Shown here piece after piece: positions 33,722-42,880 of a stretch of DNA of 64,000 bases. Made by a program: the position numbers and the translations under genes. Numbering within the stretch: the stretch's first letter is position 1; every line of letters begins with the position of its first letter. This stretch comes from an uncultured delta proteobacterium. Its GTDB lineage: Bacteria > Desulfobacterota > Binatia > Binatales > Binataceae. Location of the stretch: positions 198,039-262,038 of the forward strand of contig CAWCMA010000011.1 of NCBI GenBank assembly GCA_963796565.1, in the 5' to 3' direction. Below the pieces are notes generated by a model. That model did no database searches. It was not told where the DNA came from and was given only the letters and a program-made list of their open reading frames with translations.

Positions 33722-36480
33722 GACGAACCTCCCAACCGATCGGAGTTGAGCCGCGCCGCGCCAACGACGGCCTGTCCGTATGCCAAGCCGCCGTCGTTGG
33801 CGGGCACGCTTTGATGCACCAGCACGGTAAATCCGTCTCGCTCCAGGCGCTCAACCGATGCGGCGAGCAACAGACGATTCTGAAAGCATCCGCCGCTCAA
33901 GGCCGCGACATTGATCCCGCTTTTCGCCTTCGCATCCGCCGCCATTCGCCGCACCACTTCGGCGATCGATTCGTGAAAGGCGCGGGCGATATCCGCTTTG
34001 GCCACGCCGCGAGTGATTTCGTCGAGGATCGCGCTAACCATGCCGCCGATTCGCACAACGCCGTCCTCGAGTGAGAAAGGATAGGTCCTATTGGTTCGAG
34101 ATGATTGGCGCGCGAGCGCTTCCAGTTCGATCGCCGCTTGGGCTTCGTAGGTCACCTCGTCACGCACTCCGAGGAGCGCCGCGACCGCATCGAACAGCCG
34201 GCCACAACTCGAAGTCTGAACGGTGCTGATGCGCCGCTCGATCATTTTGGTGAGGATGCGAACGCGTTCTTCGCCCAGAAATTCGCGTGACCGCGCGTCG
34301 GCAATTTCTCCAAAGAGAGTCAGCATATAAGCTGCCGCAATTCGCGCCGGGTGGCGAATCGCAGCGTCACCGCCCGCCAGCGGCATGTACTCGAGATGCG
34401 AGAGCCGGCGAAAGCCGAAAAAATCAAGGACCATTGCCTCGCCGCCCCAGATAGCGCCGTCGGCGCCGTAGCCCGTACCGTCGAAGGCGAGACCTATTGC
34501 CGGTCCCTGATGACCATGTTCGGCCATGCACGCGGCGAGGTGAGCGTGATGGTGCTGAACGGCAACGGTACCCATGCCCAGGTGCGCAGCGAGTTCGCGC
34601 GCCGCCGATTGGGGATGAAGATCATGGGCGGCGACGCGAGGTGTGATGCCGGTCAGGGCAAGCCATTTGTCGAGGGAATCGCGAAAATGATCCTGGGTCG
34701 CGACGTTTTCAAGCGTGCCGATGTGCTGGCTCATGAATGCCTGCCGGCCCGACAGGAGACAGAAGCTGTTTTTGAGATCGCCGCCGATTCCAAGAACCGG
34801 AACCGGTGCCTCGATCGGAGCCGTCAGTGCGCGAGGTGTCGCGCCGCGGCCAAGCCGGATCGGCTGAGCGCCATGTAATCCGGTCGTCCAGACACTATCG
34901 TCGCAGCGCTGATGAATCGGGCGATTGTGCAGCAGCAGCGCGTCCACCATACCGGCGAACGCAGTTCGCGTCTCCTCGCCGGTGCACGCGAGCGGCTCGC
35001 CAGGCAAATTAGCGCTGGTCATGATCAAGGGGCGTCCCACATCGTGCACAAGCAACTGATGAAGCGGCGAGTAAGCGATCATCAGTCCGACGTGGTCGTT
35101 GCCCGGAGCAACCGACGGCGCGAGTGCGATGTCTTCGCGTTTGCGCACGAGCACGATCGGCGCTTGCGATGAAGCGAGCAGGGCGGCTTCCTGATCTGAG
35201 ACGATTGCGAAGTGCAGCGCGGATCGCAACGAATCGACCATAATCGCCAGCGGCTTGTGCGTCCTTCGTTTGATCGCCCGCAGACGTAAAACCGCCGCCT
35301 CATTGGTCGCGTCGCACGAGAGATGAACGCCGCCAATCCCTTGAATGGCGATGATGCCGCCTTTGCGAAGGATAGCGGCGGCGCCGGCGATGCAGTCCTG
35401 AGGAACGAGGGACTCGCCGGTTTCCGGTTGCCGGCGGCAAACCTCGAGCCGTGCTTCAGGACCGCATTGTGGGCACGCTATCGGCTCTGCCCTGAAGCGC
35501 CGGTCCGACGGATCGAGGTATTCGCCCTCACATTTGGCACAGAGAGGAAATCCACGCAGCGTCGTGGTCTCGCGGTCGTATGGAAGCGCCTGAACGACAG
35601 TGAATCGCGGTCCGCACAAAGTGCAGTTGGTAAAGGGGTACCGGAAGCGGCGGCTCGCGGAATCGAAAATTTCATGCATGCATTCGGCACAGACGGCGAG
35701 ATCGGGTGGAATGGTCGTCGCCGCGCGGCCGCGCTCGCTCGGCATCGCGCAAAAGCCGGATTCGCCGCGCACTGAACGGCGCTCAACCTCGATCCTTTCG
35801 ATCGCGGCCGCCGGCGGCGCCTCCGACACCAGGCGCTGTCGAAATTCGCGCAAGTCATTTCGCGTGCCTTCGATTTCGATCTCGACGCCGCAGGACAGAT
35901 TGCGCACAAAACCGGCAATCTCGAGCGAGTTCGCTAAACGCCAGACGAATGGTCTGAAGCCCACTCCTTGTATGGTTCCGCTCACCACGAGGCGCTCGCG
36001 CGCTGTTTCGTTGAAATCGTTGGCCGATGCGCTCAGCTCCTCTACCCACAACCGCACCCGCGCCAGGGCGCGGCCTACCGCCCGCCGCGCAATCTGGCTG
36101 AGAAGATGCGGCCGCCGTGGCCGCGTGCGTGCGATTTCGATTCCGAGAACCCCACCTTGAGCAGGCGCCCAGCCCAATTTGCGCGCGAGTTGAACTGCCG
36201 CCGCCACACCCAGGTCGTGCGAGGAAACAAAGTGAGCCTCGCGTCGGCTGAGCTGGTCGAAGCTTAGTTCATGGAGAGTGCCCACAGGCGCGCCGGATCG
36301 CACGGCGTCGATAAGGATGGCGGAGTCGATTCCCTTCAGCAGTTCGAGGAGATTCGCACCCGGCCGATCGGCAACGATTACGTCGCAATTCGGCGGCGGT
36401 GCCTGCGCCAGGATTCGCGCGACCTCCAACCCGGCGGCATCGTCGCCGAAAGGGCTTCCGATTCCGATGATCCGAATCAA
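33694..36480 (-). CDS. hypF: Fusion: hydrogenase maturation endopeptidase (HybD/HycI-like) + carbamoyltransferase HypF
   Basis: N-terminal IIGIGSPFGDDAAG, IDAV, SSHDLG; then in frame the acylphosphatase domain (GTIQGVGFRPFV), two Zn fingers, YrdC and Kae1 domains (HDLHP, QHHHAH, DGTGYG, TSSCGRLFD, NDGGLAYGQ); probable TTG start at 36480 overlapping the large-subunit stop. Confidence 0.9.
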   Translation of the reverse strand: MIRIIGIGSPFGDDAAGLEVARILAQAPPPNCDVIVADRPGANLLELLKGIDSAILIDAVRSGAPVGTLHELSFDQLSRREAHFVSSHDLGVAAAVQLARKLGWAPAQGGVLGIEIARTRPRRPHLLSQIARRAVGRALARVRLWVEELSASANDFNETARERLVVSGTIQGVGFRPFVWRLANSLEIAGFVRNLSCGVEIEIEGTRNDLREFRQRLVSEAPPAAAIERIEVERRSVRGESGFCAMPSERGRAATTIPPDLAVCAECMHEIFDSASRRFRYPFTNCTLCGPRFTVVQALPYDRETTTLRGFPLCAKCEGEYLDPSDRRFRAEPIACPQCGPEARLEVCRRQPETGESLVPQDCIAGAAAILRKGGIIAIQGIGGVHLSCDATNEAAVLRLRAIKRRTHKPLAIMVDSLRSALHFAIVSDQEAALLASSQAPIVLVRKREDIALAPSVAPGNDHVGLMIAYSPLHQLLVHDVGRPLIMTSANLPGEPLACTGEETRTAFAGMVDALLLHNRPIHQRCDDSVWTTGLHGAQPIRLGRGATPRALTAPIEAPVPVLGIGGDLKNSFCLLSGRQAFMSQHIGTLENVATQDHFRDSLDKWLALTGITPRVAAHDLHPQSAARELAAHLGMGTVAVQHHHAHLAACMAEHGHQGPAIGLAFDGTGYGADGAIWGGEAMVLDFFGFRRLSHLEYMPLAGGDAAIRHPARIAAAYMLTLFGEIADARSREFLGEERVRILTKMIERRISTVQTSSCGRLFDAVAALLGVRDEVTYEAQAAIELEALARQSSRTNRTYPFSLEDGVVRIGGMVSAILDEITRGVAKADIARAFHESIAEVVRRMAADAKAKSGINVAALSGGCFQNRLLLAASVERLERDGFTVLVHQSVPANDGGLAYGQAVVGAARLNSDRLGGSSCALRSLGE

Positions 36481-37781
36481 TGCCGTTGGATCTCGAGTTT
36501 GAGGAAGTGCGTGGAGCAGGAGATGCACGGATCGTAGTTGCGAATTGCCATCTCGCACGCACTCGTCGCCTCTGCCTGCGATCTTTGAATTATTTCCGGA
36601 ACCAGCGCGCGCAAGTCGGCTTCGATACGCGCCTGGTTCTGCGACGTCGGCGGCACAATCCGCGCCGATCGAATCAATCCCCGCTCATCGGTCTCGTAGG
36701 CGTGAAAAAGAGAGCCGCGCGGCGCCTCCGTGATCGCACGTCCGATTCCAGCACGCGGCTCGAACGAAGCGGCAGACGCTGACGGCGGCTCGTAACCGTC
36801 AATGATCCTCAGCGCTTCGTCGATCGCATAAAGAATCTCCAACGAGCGTGCGACGATGCTCGCGTAGGGATTCGAGTTCGGCCATGGGATACCGGTGTCG
36901 CGCGCTACCGAGACGACTTCGGGCCCCAGCCGATCGAAATTGAGGTTGACCCGGGCCAGCGGTCCTAGGAAGTAGGGGCCGCGGCCTTTGACCTTGCAGT
37001 GAAGCGCGGTCGAATACGGTACCTGGTGCTCCTCGAAGAAGTCGTCGAAGTTTTCCTGGGCCGCATCGATGCCCTCGCTCGAAACTATCCTTCCTTCATT
37101 CATCGGATATTCGTCCGGATGCCGGAGCGACACGAACTCGATATCCCGGCTGATCGCGGGCAAATCAAAGCGCGAGACCCAACGCACGCATTCGACCGTG
37201 TCATCGCGCACGCGCAGAAGCTGTTCGCGCAGATCGGCAAGCTCGCCGCGCCGGGGAACGCGGGTGAAGCCGCCAATACACGCGCCCACCGGATGGACCG
37301 AACGGCCGCCGAGAATCGCCACGATGTTGTTGCCCGCCTTCTTTATTCTCAGCCCACGCTCCACTGCCTCCCGATTCTTCTCGGCCAATGTAATGACGCT
37401 CTCGCAGCCTAGAAAGTCTGGCGCCGCCAACATGTGGATGTGGAGGGCGTGGCTTTCGATCCATTCGCCGCAATAGAACAGCCGGCGCAAGGCGCGGATT
37501 GCCGGGTCAATCGCGATGCCGTACAGCCGCTCGAACGCGTGAACCGTGCTCATCTGGTAGGCGACCGGACAGATGCCGCAGATCCGGGACGTGAGGTCCG
37601 GGGCTTCGCGCGAATCGCGGCCGCGCAAAAATGATTCGAAGAAGCGGGGCGGCTCGAAAATTTCCAGGCGCAAGTCGGCCACCTCTCCGTCGCGCAACTT
37701 GATACGCAGGGCGCCTTCGCCCTCGACGCGGGTCAGATAGTTGACCTGTAGCGTTCTACTTTTTCTTCGCTGCGAGGGCAT
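36477..37781 (-). CDS. hyhL: Group 3b [NiFe]-hydrogenase large (alpha) subunit
   Basis: RVEGEG, L1 RICGICPVAY, EAPRG, L2 RNYDPCISCSTH followed by a 9-aa cleavable tail. Confidence 0.92.
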   Translation of the reverse strand: MPSQRRKSRTLQVNYLTRVEGEGALRIKLRDGEVADLRLEIFEPPRFFESFLRGRDSREAPDLTSRICGICPVAYQMSTVHAFERLYGIAIDPAIRALRRLFYCGEWIESHALHIHMLAAPDFLGCESVITLAEKNREAVERGLRIKKAGNNIVAILGGRSVHPVGACIGGFTRVPRRGELADLREQLLRVRDDTVECVRWVSRFDLPAISRDIEFVSLRHPDEYPMNEGRIVSSEGIDAAQENFDDFFEEHQVPYSTALHCKVKGRGPYFLGPLARVNLNFDRLGPEVVSVARDTGIPWPNSNPYASIVARSLEILYAIDEALRIIDGYEPPSASAASFEPRAGIGRAITEAPRGSLFHAYETDERGLIRSARIVPPTSQNQARIEADLRALVPEIIQRSQAEATSACEMAIRNYDPCISCSTHFLKLEIQRH

Positions 37782-38532
37782 CCGCGGTCTCCCGCCATGG
37801 CCGTACGTAGCCGTTGATCCCGCGCAAGCGGCGCATCGCCTCGTTTTCGGTGACGCCTTGAGCCGCCAGCAGTCCCGTGAACGACTCCATGTTCTGGTCA
37901 TCCGCCGGGCCGAAGCATCCGTAACATCCACGATTGAACGACGGACATAGCGCGCCGCATCCCGTGCGTGTCACCGGCCCGAGACACGGCTCGCCCCGCG
38001 CAACGACCACGCAGACGTTGCCACGCCGCTTGCATTCCATGCACACGCTATAACCCGGCAGGACCGGCTTCGCCCTGGACAACAGCGAACGCACGACGGT
38101 TAGCAGTTGATGCTTGTCGACCGGGCAGCCCCAGATCTCGAAATCGACGCGGACGTGTTCCGAGATCGGAGTCGAGGTCGACAGGGTCGAGATGAATTCG
38201 GGGCTCGGGTAGACGACGCGCCGGTATTGTTCGACGTCGGCCGAATTTCGCAACGCCTGGATTCCGCCCGCGGTCGCACATGCTCCGATGGTGACGAGAT
38301 AGCGGCTGTCTTCGCGCACCTTGATAATCCGCCGGGCGTCGTCAGGGGTGGTGATACTGCCCTCGACGAAGGCGATGTCGTAAGGCCCATCGAGCTGGCG
38401 GCTGCGCGCTTCCGCGAAATAGACGAAGTCAACCACTCCGGCGAGCTTCAATAGCTCATCCTCGGCGTTGAGGAATTGCAACTGGCAGCCGTCGCAAGAA
38501 GCAAACTTGAATACCGCAATACGGGGTTTCAT
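37756..38532 (-). CDS. hyhS: Group 3b hydrogenase small (delta) subunit
   Basis: FKFASCDGCQ, VEGS, GACATAGGIQ, GCP, VCMEC, CLGPVT..GC...C....RGCYGC; no Tat leader. Confidence 0.9.
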   Translation of the reverse strand: MKPRIAVFKFASCDGCQLQFLNAEDELLKLAGVVDFVYFAEARSRQLDGPYDIAFVEGSITTPDDARRIIKVREDSRYLVTIGACATAGGIQALRNSADVEQYRRVVYPSPEFISTLSTSTPISEHVRVDFEIWGCPVDKHQLLTVVRSLLSRAKPVLPGYSVCMECKRRGNVCVVVARGEPCLGPVTRTGCGALCPSFNRGCYGCFGPADDQNMESFTGLLAAQGVTENEAMRRLRGINGYVRPWRETADALAAKKK

Positions 38533-39356
38533 ATACCCGAGTGTCCGAATAGCTCTCTCACCGTGCGATAAGAGAAGATCGGCCCGTCCTTGCAGACGAA
38601 GTGCTCGCGATACTGGCAATGGCCGCAGAGCCCGACCGCGCACTCCATCCGCCGTTCCATCGATAGGTAGATAGCATCGTCGGCGATGCCCTTTTGCCGA
38701 AGCGAGTGCGCGGCGAAGCGCATCATCACCTCCGGACCGCACATCATCACCATCGACGATGGCGGTACAGTCAGCTCGTCAAACAATTCCGTGACCACAC
38801 CGATCCTGTAGTGCCAGCTCTTGTCTGGCTGGTCCGTCGTCAAGTAGACCTTGGTGCGCGGCGCGCGCCGCCATTCGTCGAATCGCTCGCGGTACAAAAG
38901 ATCATTCGGCGTCCTGACCCCGTGCAGAATATGCAGTTCGCCATACTCGTCACGCCGATGGAATATATAGTTGATTAACCCGACCACCGGTGCGCATCCA
39001 AGGCCGCCAGTGATAATTACGACGTCTCGCCCGCGCGCCGCGTCGACCGGCCATCCATTGCCATACGGACCGCGAACGCCGACTACGTCGCCCACCCTCC
39101 ACCGGGCCATCACGCCCGTTACGCGTCCCACTATCCGGATAGTGTGTTCGAGGATTTTCGGCTCCGCCGGATCCGACACGATGGAGATCGGTATCTCCCC
39201 GACGCCGAAGGCGTAGATCATGTTGAACTGCCCGGCCGCGAAGCGATACGAGCGACGCACTTCGGGATCGAGCAATCGCATGGTGAAGGTGTAGATATCC
39301 GCGCTCTCGGTCCGGCGGGCCGTGATGCGAGCCGGATGTATGGTGTAGGGGGTCAT
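38529..39356 (-). CDS. hyhG: Group 3b hydrogenase gamma subunit (FAD/NAD(P)-binding, 2Fe-2S)
   Basis: GQFNM, PISIVS, GPYGNGWP, GGLGCAP, CGPEVMM, ERRMECAVGLCGHCQ...CKDGP. Confidence 0.9.
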   Translation of the reverse strand: MTPYTIHPARITARRTESADIYTFTMRLLDPEVRRSYRFAAGQFNMIYAFGVGEIPISIVSDPAEPKILEHTIRIVGRVTGVMARWRVGDVVGVRGPYGNGWPVDAARGRDVVIITGGLGCAPVVGLINYIFHRRDEYGELHILHGVRTPNDLLYRERFDEWRRAPRTKVYLTTDQPDKSWHYRIGVVTELFDELTVPPSSMVMMCGPEVMMRFAAHSLRQKGIADDAIYLSMERRMECAVGLCGHCQYREHFVCKDGPIFSYRTVRELFGHSGI

Positions 39357-39360
39357 CGCC

Positions 39361-40467
39361 TCATCGCTCGCCCCGCTGAGCGCGGATCGCGGCGACTTCC
39401 TCGGTGAGGTCGATTCCAACCGGGCACCACGCGATACAACGGCCGCATCCAACACAGCCCGAAGTGCCGAACTGATCGATCCATGAGGCGAGCTTGTGGG
39501 TGAGCCATTGGCGGTAGCGGTTGCGGATATGCGGACGGAAGTTCATGCCGTGGATGTGCGCATGCTCGAGCGAGAAACAGGAGTCCCACTCGCGCACGCG
39601 ACGGCTCATGTTGCCCTCGAGCTCCTCGACGTCGATGACCGTGTGGCAGAAGCACGTTGGGCATACCATCGTGCAGTTGGTGCACGAGAGGCATCGGGAC
39701 GCGACGTCGTTCCAGCGAGGATTCTCGGCTTCCTCGTAAAGCAGGCGCGGCAGATCCGAAGTATCCAGGTGCCGCTGCATGGCTGCCGCGCACTCGCCAA
39801 TCCGCGCGCGTGCCGCCGTCGCTTCGTCGTCGTGGGCCGCACTCAACTGGAGCTTGGCGACGATCGCGTCACCGGCGGAAGAGGCGCTCCGCACCACGAA
39901 GCTTTCTTCCATTTCGGTTAAGGAGAGATCGAAGCCGGTGGTCGCCTCGGGCCCTGTTCCCATCGAGGTGCAGAAGCAGGTCGACGAGCTACGGGTGCAG
40001 TTGACCGCGACCAGAAAAGCGTCCTTGCGCCTGGTCTCGTAATGCGTGTCGCGAAAGCGATCGTGCAGGAAGATCCGATCCTGGACCGCCAGCGCCGCCA
40101 GATCGCAGGCCCGCACTCCGATGAACGCCAGCCGGGGCGCGGTGGGTGTTACCTCGCTGACCTTGAAGCCGCGCCGTTCTCGCTGCACTTCGAGCAGCGT
40201 TTCTTGCGGCGCGAAAAAGAACGGCTTGAGCGAACCGGCGCCGTTCACCACTCCGAAAATTTCTCCGGCGACGCCTGCCCCGAGGCGGTAGCGGCCGGGC
40301 TCCTGCGATTCGCGCATTCCCACCGGCAGGTCGGAAACCCGGCGCACCTCTTCAAAAGCCACGCCACCGTCACGCGCGACCGGGCCCAGAACCTTGAATT
40401 CCTCGCCCCACAGCAACGTGATGAGATCCTGGAGCACCGCCTTGGGCATCTTCAGGGGCTCCTTCAT
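39361..40467 (-). CDS. hyhB: Group 3b hydrogenase beta subunit (4Fe-4S dicluster, AsrA-like)
   Basis: GVRACD, C...[40 protein letters not shown]. Confidence 0.9.
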   Translation of the reverse strand: MKEPLKMPKAVLQDLITLLWGEEFKVLGPVARDGGVAFEEVRRVSDLPVGMRESQEPGRYRLGAGVAGEIFGVVNGAGSLKPFFFAPQETLLEVQRERRGFKVSEVTPTAPRLAFIGVRACDLAALAVQDRIFLHDRFRDTHYETRRKDAFLVAVNCTRSSSTCFCTSMGTGPEATTGFDLSLTEMEESFVVRSASSAGDAIVAKLQLSAAHDDEATAARARIGECAAAMQRHLDTSDLPRLLYEEAENPRWNDVASRCLSCTNCTMVCPTCFCHTVIDVEELEGNMSRRVREWDSCFSLEHAHIHGMNFRPHIRNRYRQWLTHKLASWIDQFGTSGCVGCGRCIAWCPVGIDLTEEVAAIRAQRGER

Positions 40468-41174
40468 GCGGACTTCTCCGAGGCGTACAGGAACGTAACG
40501 CGCAGACTGCCCAGCAGGGACAGCCACTCGCCGATACCGTCCGCGCTCATAGCCGAAGCCTTGATTATTCGCGCATGCGGATTGACCGCGCGCACGTAGT
40601 CAGTCCACTCGTCGAGCTCGAAGGGCACGTACGGCAACAGATCGCACTTGTTCAATACCACGACATCGGCCGCGCGAAACATCGGCGGATATTTAAGCGC
40701 CTTGTCGACTCCTTCGGTGGGACTCGTCACCACTACGCGAAGCTGCTCGCCCAAATCGAACAGCGCCGGACAGACCAGATTGCCCACGTTTTCAATGAAG
40801 AGCACGCCACCCCTGGTGAGTTCGAGATGGTGAAGGGCGCGATGAATCTGAGCGGCATCAAGATGGCACCCGAGCCCGGTCTCCACCTGATACGCGGTCG
40901 CGCCTGCGGAGCGGATGCGCGCGCTGTCGCGGTCCGTTGCCTGGTCTCCCTCAATTACTGCGATCCGTCCGGAATCCCGCCACGACGCGATCGTAGTTTC
41001 GAGCAGCGAGGTCTTTCCCGCGCCTGGCGCGCCCATCAGATTGATCGCGAAAACTCCCTGTTTCGCAAAGTGAGTCCGGTTGTGTTCTGCTGTAGCCGCG
41101 TTCGCGGCGAGCAACCGCTCGTTGACCTCGATTGTGCGCACCGACGGAGTGCCGCAGCCACACGTGTCACACAT
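40464..41174 (-). CDS. hypB: Hydrogenase nickel GTPase HypB
   Basis: N-terminal MCDTCGC, GAPGAGKT, GCH, ENVGNLVCP, KYP, NKCD. Confidence 0.96.
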   Translation of the reverse strand: MCDTCGCGTPSVRTIEVNERLLAANAATAEHNRTHFAKQGVFAINLMGAPGAGKTSLLETTIASWRDSGRIAVIEGDQATDRDSARIRSAGATAYQVETGLGCHLDAAQIHRALHHLELTRGGVLFIENVGNLVCPALFDLGEQLRVVVTSPTEGVDKALKYPPMFRAADVVVLNKCDLLPYVPFELDEWTDYVRAVNPHARIIKASAMSADGIGEWLSLLGSLRVTFLYASEKSA

Positions 41175-41511
41175 TGGCCACCTCGATTGTCCGCAGTATC
41201 ATCTCGTCGCCGGACAACAGTTCTCCGCCCAGTCGCCCGCAGCCCGGGCAATGACCGATCAGGCCTTCGAAGTCAAAGCGTAAGCCGCAACCATCGCAGC
41301 GGCTGCGACCGGGCAGGGTGGTTATCGAGAGCTTGGCGCCGTCCGCTCGAGTTCCTTTGGCCAGAACGCGGAATCCAAAACATAACGATTCCGGGGCGAT
41401 TCCGGCCGCCGATCCGACGCTCACACTGACGCCCACGACCCTGACGTCGCCGGGCCCCAGGTTGCGTTCGATCGCGGCCAGCAGGTCGCGTGCAAGCGAC
41501 AGTTCATGCAT
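41167..41511 (-). CDS. hypA: Hydrogenase nickel chaperone HypA
   Basis: MHE start, CDGC...CPGC, GDEMIL. Confidence 0.93.
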   Translation of the reverse strand: MHELSLARDLLAAIERNLGPGDVRVVGVSVSVGSAAGIAPESLCFGFRVLAKGTRADGAKLSITTLPGRSRCDGCGLRFDFEGLIGHCPGCGRLGGELLSGDEMILRTIEVANV

Positions 41512-41529
41512 GTGAGTTCCGCCGTGATC

Positions 41530-41624
41530 GTAACTGGTTACTTCTTTCTTTCGAGCACGGTGAAGCGAAATTTTCTGCCTTAATTCCGATTCAGCCTCGC
41601 ACCAGCGCTGGACGGTTTGCAAAC
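41530..41624. promoter_or_regulatory. Two palindromes upstream of hypA, candidate operators
   Basis: GTAAC-TG-GTTAC at 41530-41541 and GTTTGCAAAC at 41615-41624. Confidence 0.3.
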
Positions 41625-41635
41625 GTAACGGAAAT

Positions 41636-42808
41636 CTATCCTCCGTGGGCGTTGCGCGGGACCCTGCGCGACAGCGAGCCCCACTTGGGAAGCGCCAGGT
41701 TCTTTCCGATCGCGAGGGCGAGGAGTTCGCCGGCGCGCACGCTGAGTGCGACGCCGTGGCCCGCGTACCCACCGGACACTAGCAGGCGAGGGTTCGCGGG
41801 ATGCGCCCCGAGCAGCGGAATCGAATCGTTCGCGAATGCGATCGGCCCCGCCCAAGCCGCCTCGAACCGCGTCTCGTGCAGCGCCGGATGCAGTCCGCGC
41901 ACCCGCTTGCGCAGTCGATCGAGCACCGCGCCGGAGCTGCCCTTGCGAACGTCGGTCTCCTCGAGCTCGGGCGGTTCGCCGAACACCAATCCCGCGCCAA
42001 ATATCACCCGCCCGTCACGAATCGTGCGGCCCCACAGATAGGGTAGGTCGCTGGTGTAAAACGGCACGCCTTCATCCAATCCGATTGCGGCCAGCGAGGC
42101 GGCGTCGAGAGGCTCGGTCGCGCACGCGAAGGTTAGCGAGCTATGCAGCGGCGGAGCGTCGGGCAGCGTCGCATTGATCCACGCATTGGTGGCGACCACG
42201 ATGTGCCCTGGCCGGATTCGCTGGCCGCCGACTTCCAGGGATAATTCGGGTCCAGGAACGATTCGCGTGACCGGCGACTGCTCGCGGATGATCGCTCCGA
42301 GCCGCGCCGCCGCCTGCGCAATCCCGATCGTCAATGCCGCAGGCTGTACGACCCCGCCGCTGACCGTCCTCGCGATACCCACCGGGCGGCCGTCATCCGA
42401 CCACGGCAGCATACGCTCCGGCGCGGTCTTTCGATGCTCGATTTCCCAGCATCCGGGCAGGAAGAGGTCGCAATCGATTCCCTCTTCATCGACCAGCCGC
42501 TCGAGGCCCGGCACGCACACGTCGACTCGCTCGAGGATGCCAGCCGCCGTACCTTCGAGGACCAGGCCGCCGGTCCTACCGCTGGCGCCATCGGCGATTA
42601 GTCCGGCTTCGAAAAGGGCCGCGCGGATTCTCATTTTGGCCAGATGATAGGCGGCCGAGACGCCCGTCAGTCCGCCACCGACGATCGCGACATCCACGAC
42701 CGCGGGAATCGTTGAGGACACTGCGGGAGGCGCAGTGTTATCCGCCGCAGAAGGGAGAGGTCGTTGCCATGGAGCAGCGCCCCACTTTGATCGCAGCTTC
42801 AACATCAT
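41636..42808 (-). CDS. FAD-dependent oxidoreductase (DAO/PuuB-like)
   Basis: DVAIVGGGLTG, GASGRTGG, VVATNAW, WAGPIAF, SGGYAGHGVA. Confidence 0.85.
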   Translation of the reverse strand: MMLKLRSKWGAAPWQRPLPSAADNTAPPAVSSTIPAVVDVAIVGGGLTGVSAAYHLAKMRIRAALFEAGLIADGASGRTGGLVLEGTAAGILERVDVCVPGLERLVDEEGIDCDLFLPGCWEIEHRKTAPERMLPWSDDGRPVGIARTVSGGVVQPAALTIGIAQAAARLGAIIREQSPVTRIVPGPELSLEVGGQRIRPGHIVVATNAWINATLPDAPPLHSSLTFACATEPLDAASLAAIGLDEGVPFYTSDLPYLWGRTIRDGRVIFGAGLVFGEPPELEETDVRKGSSGAVLDRLRKRVRGLHPALHETRFEAAWAGPIAFANDSIPLLGAHPANPRLLVSGGYAGHGVALSVRAGELLALAIGKNLALPKWGSLSRRVPRNAHGG

Positions 42809-42880
42809 CTACAACGTCGCATCATCCAAGCATAACAGGCCTCCCGCACCGACGCCGCAGCCTGACCGGGTGCCGACCAC

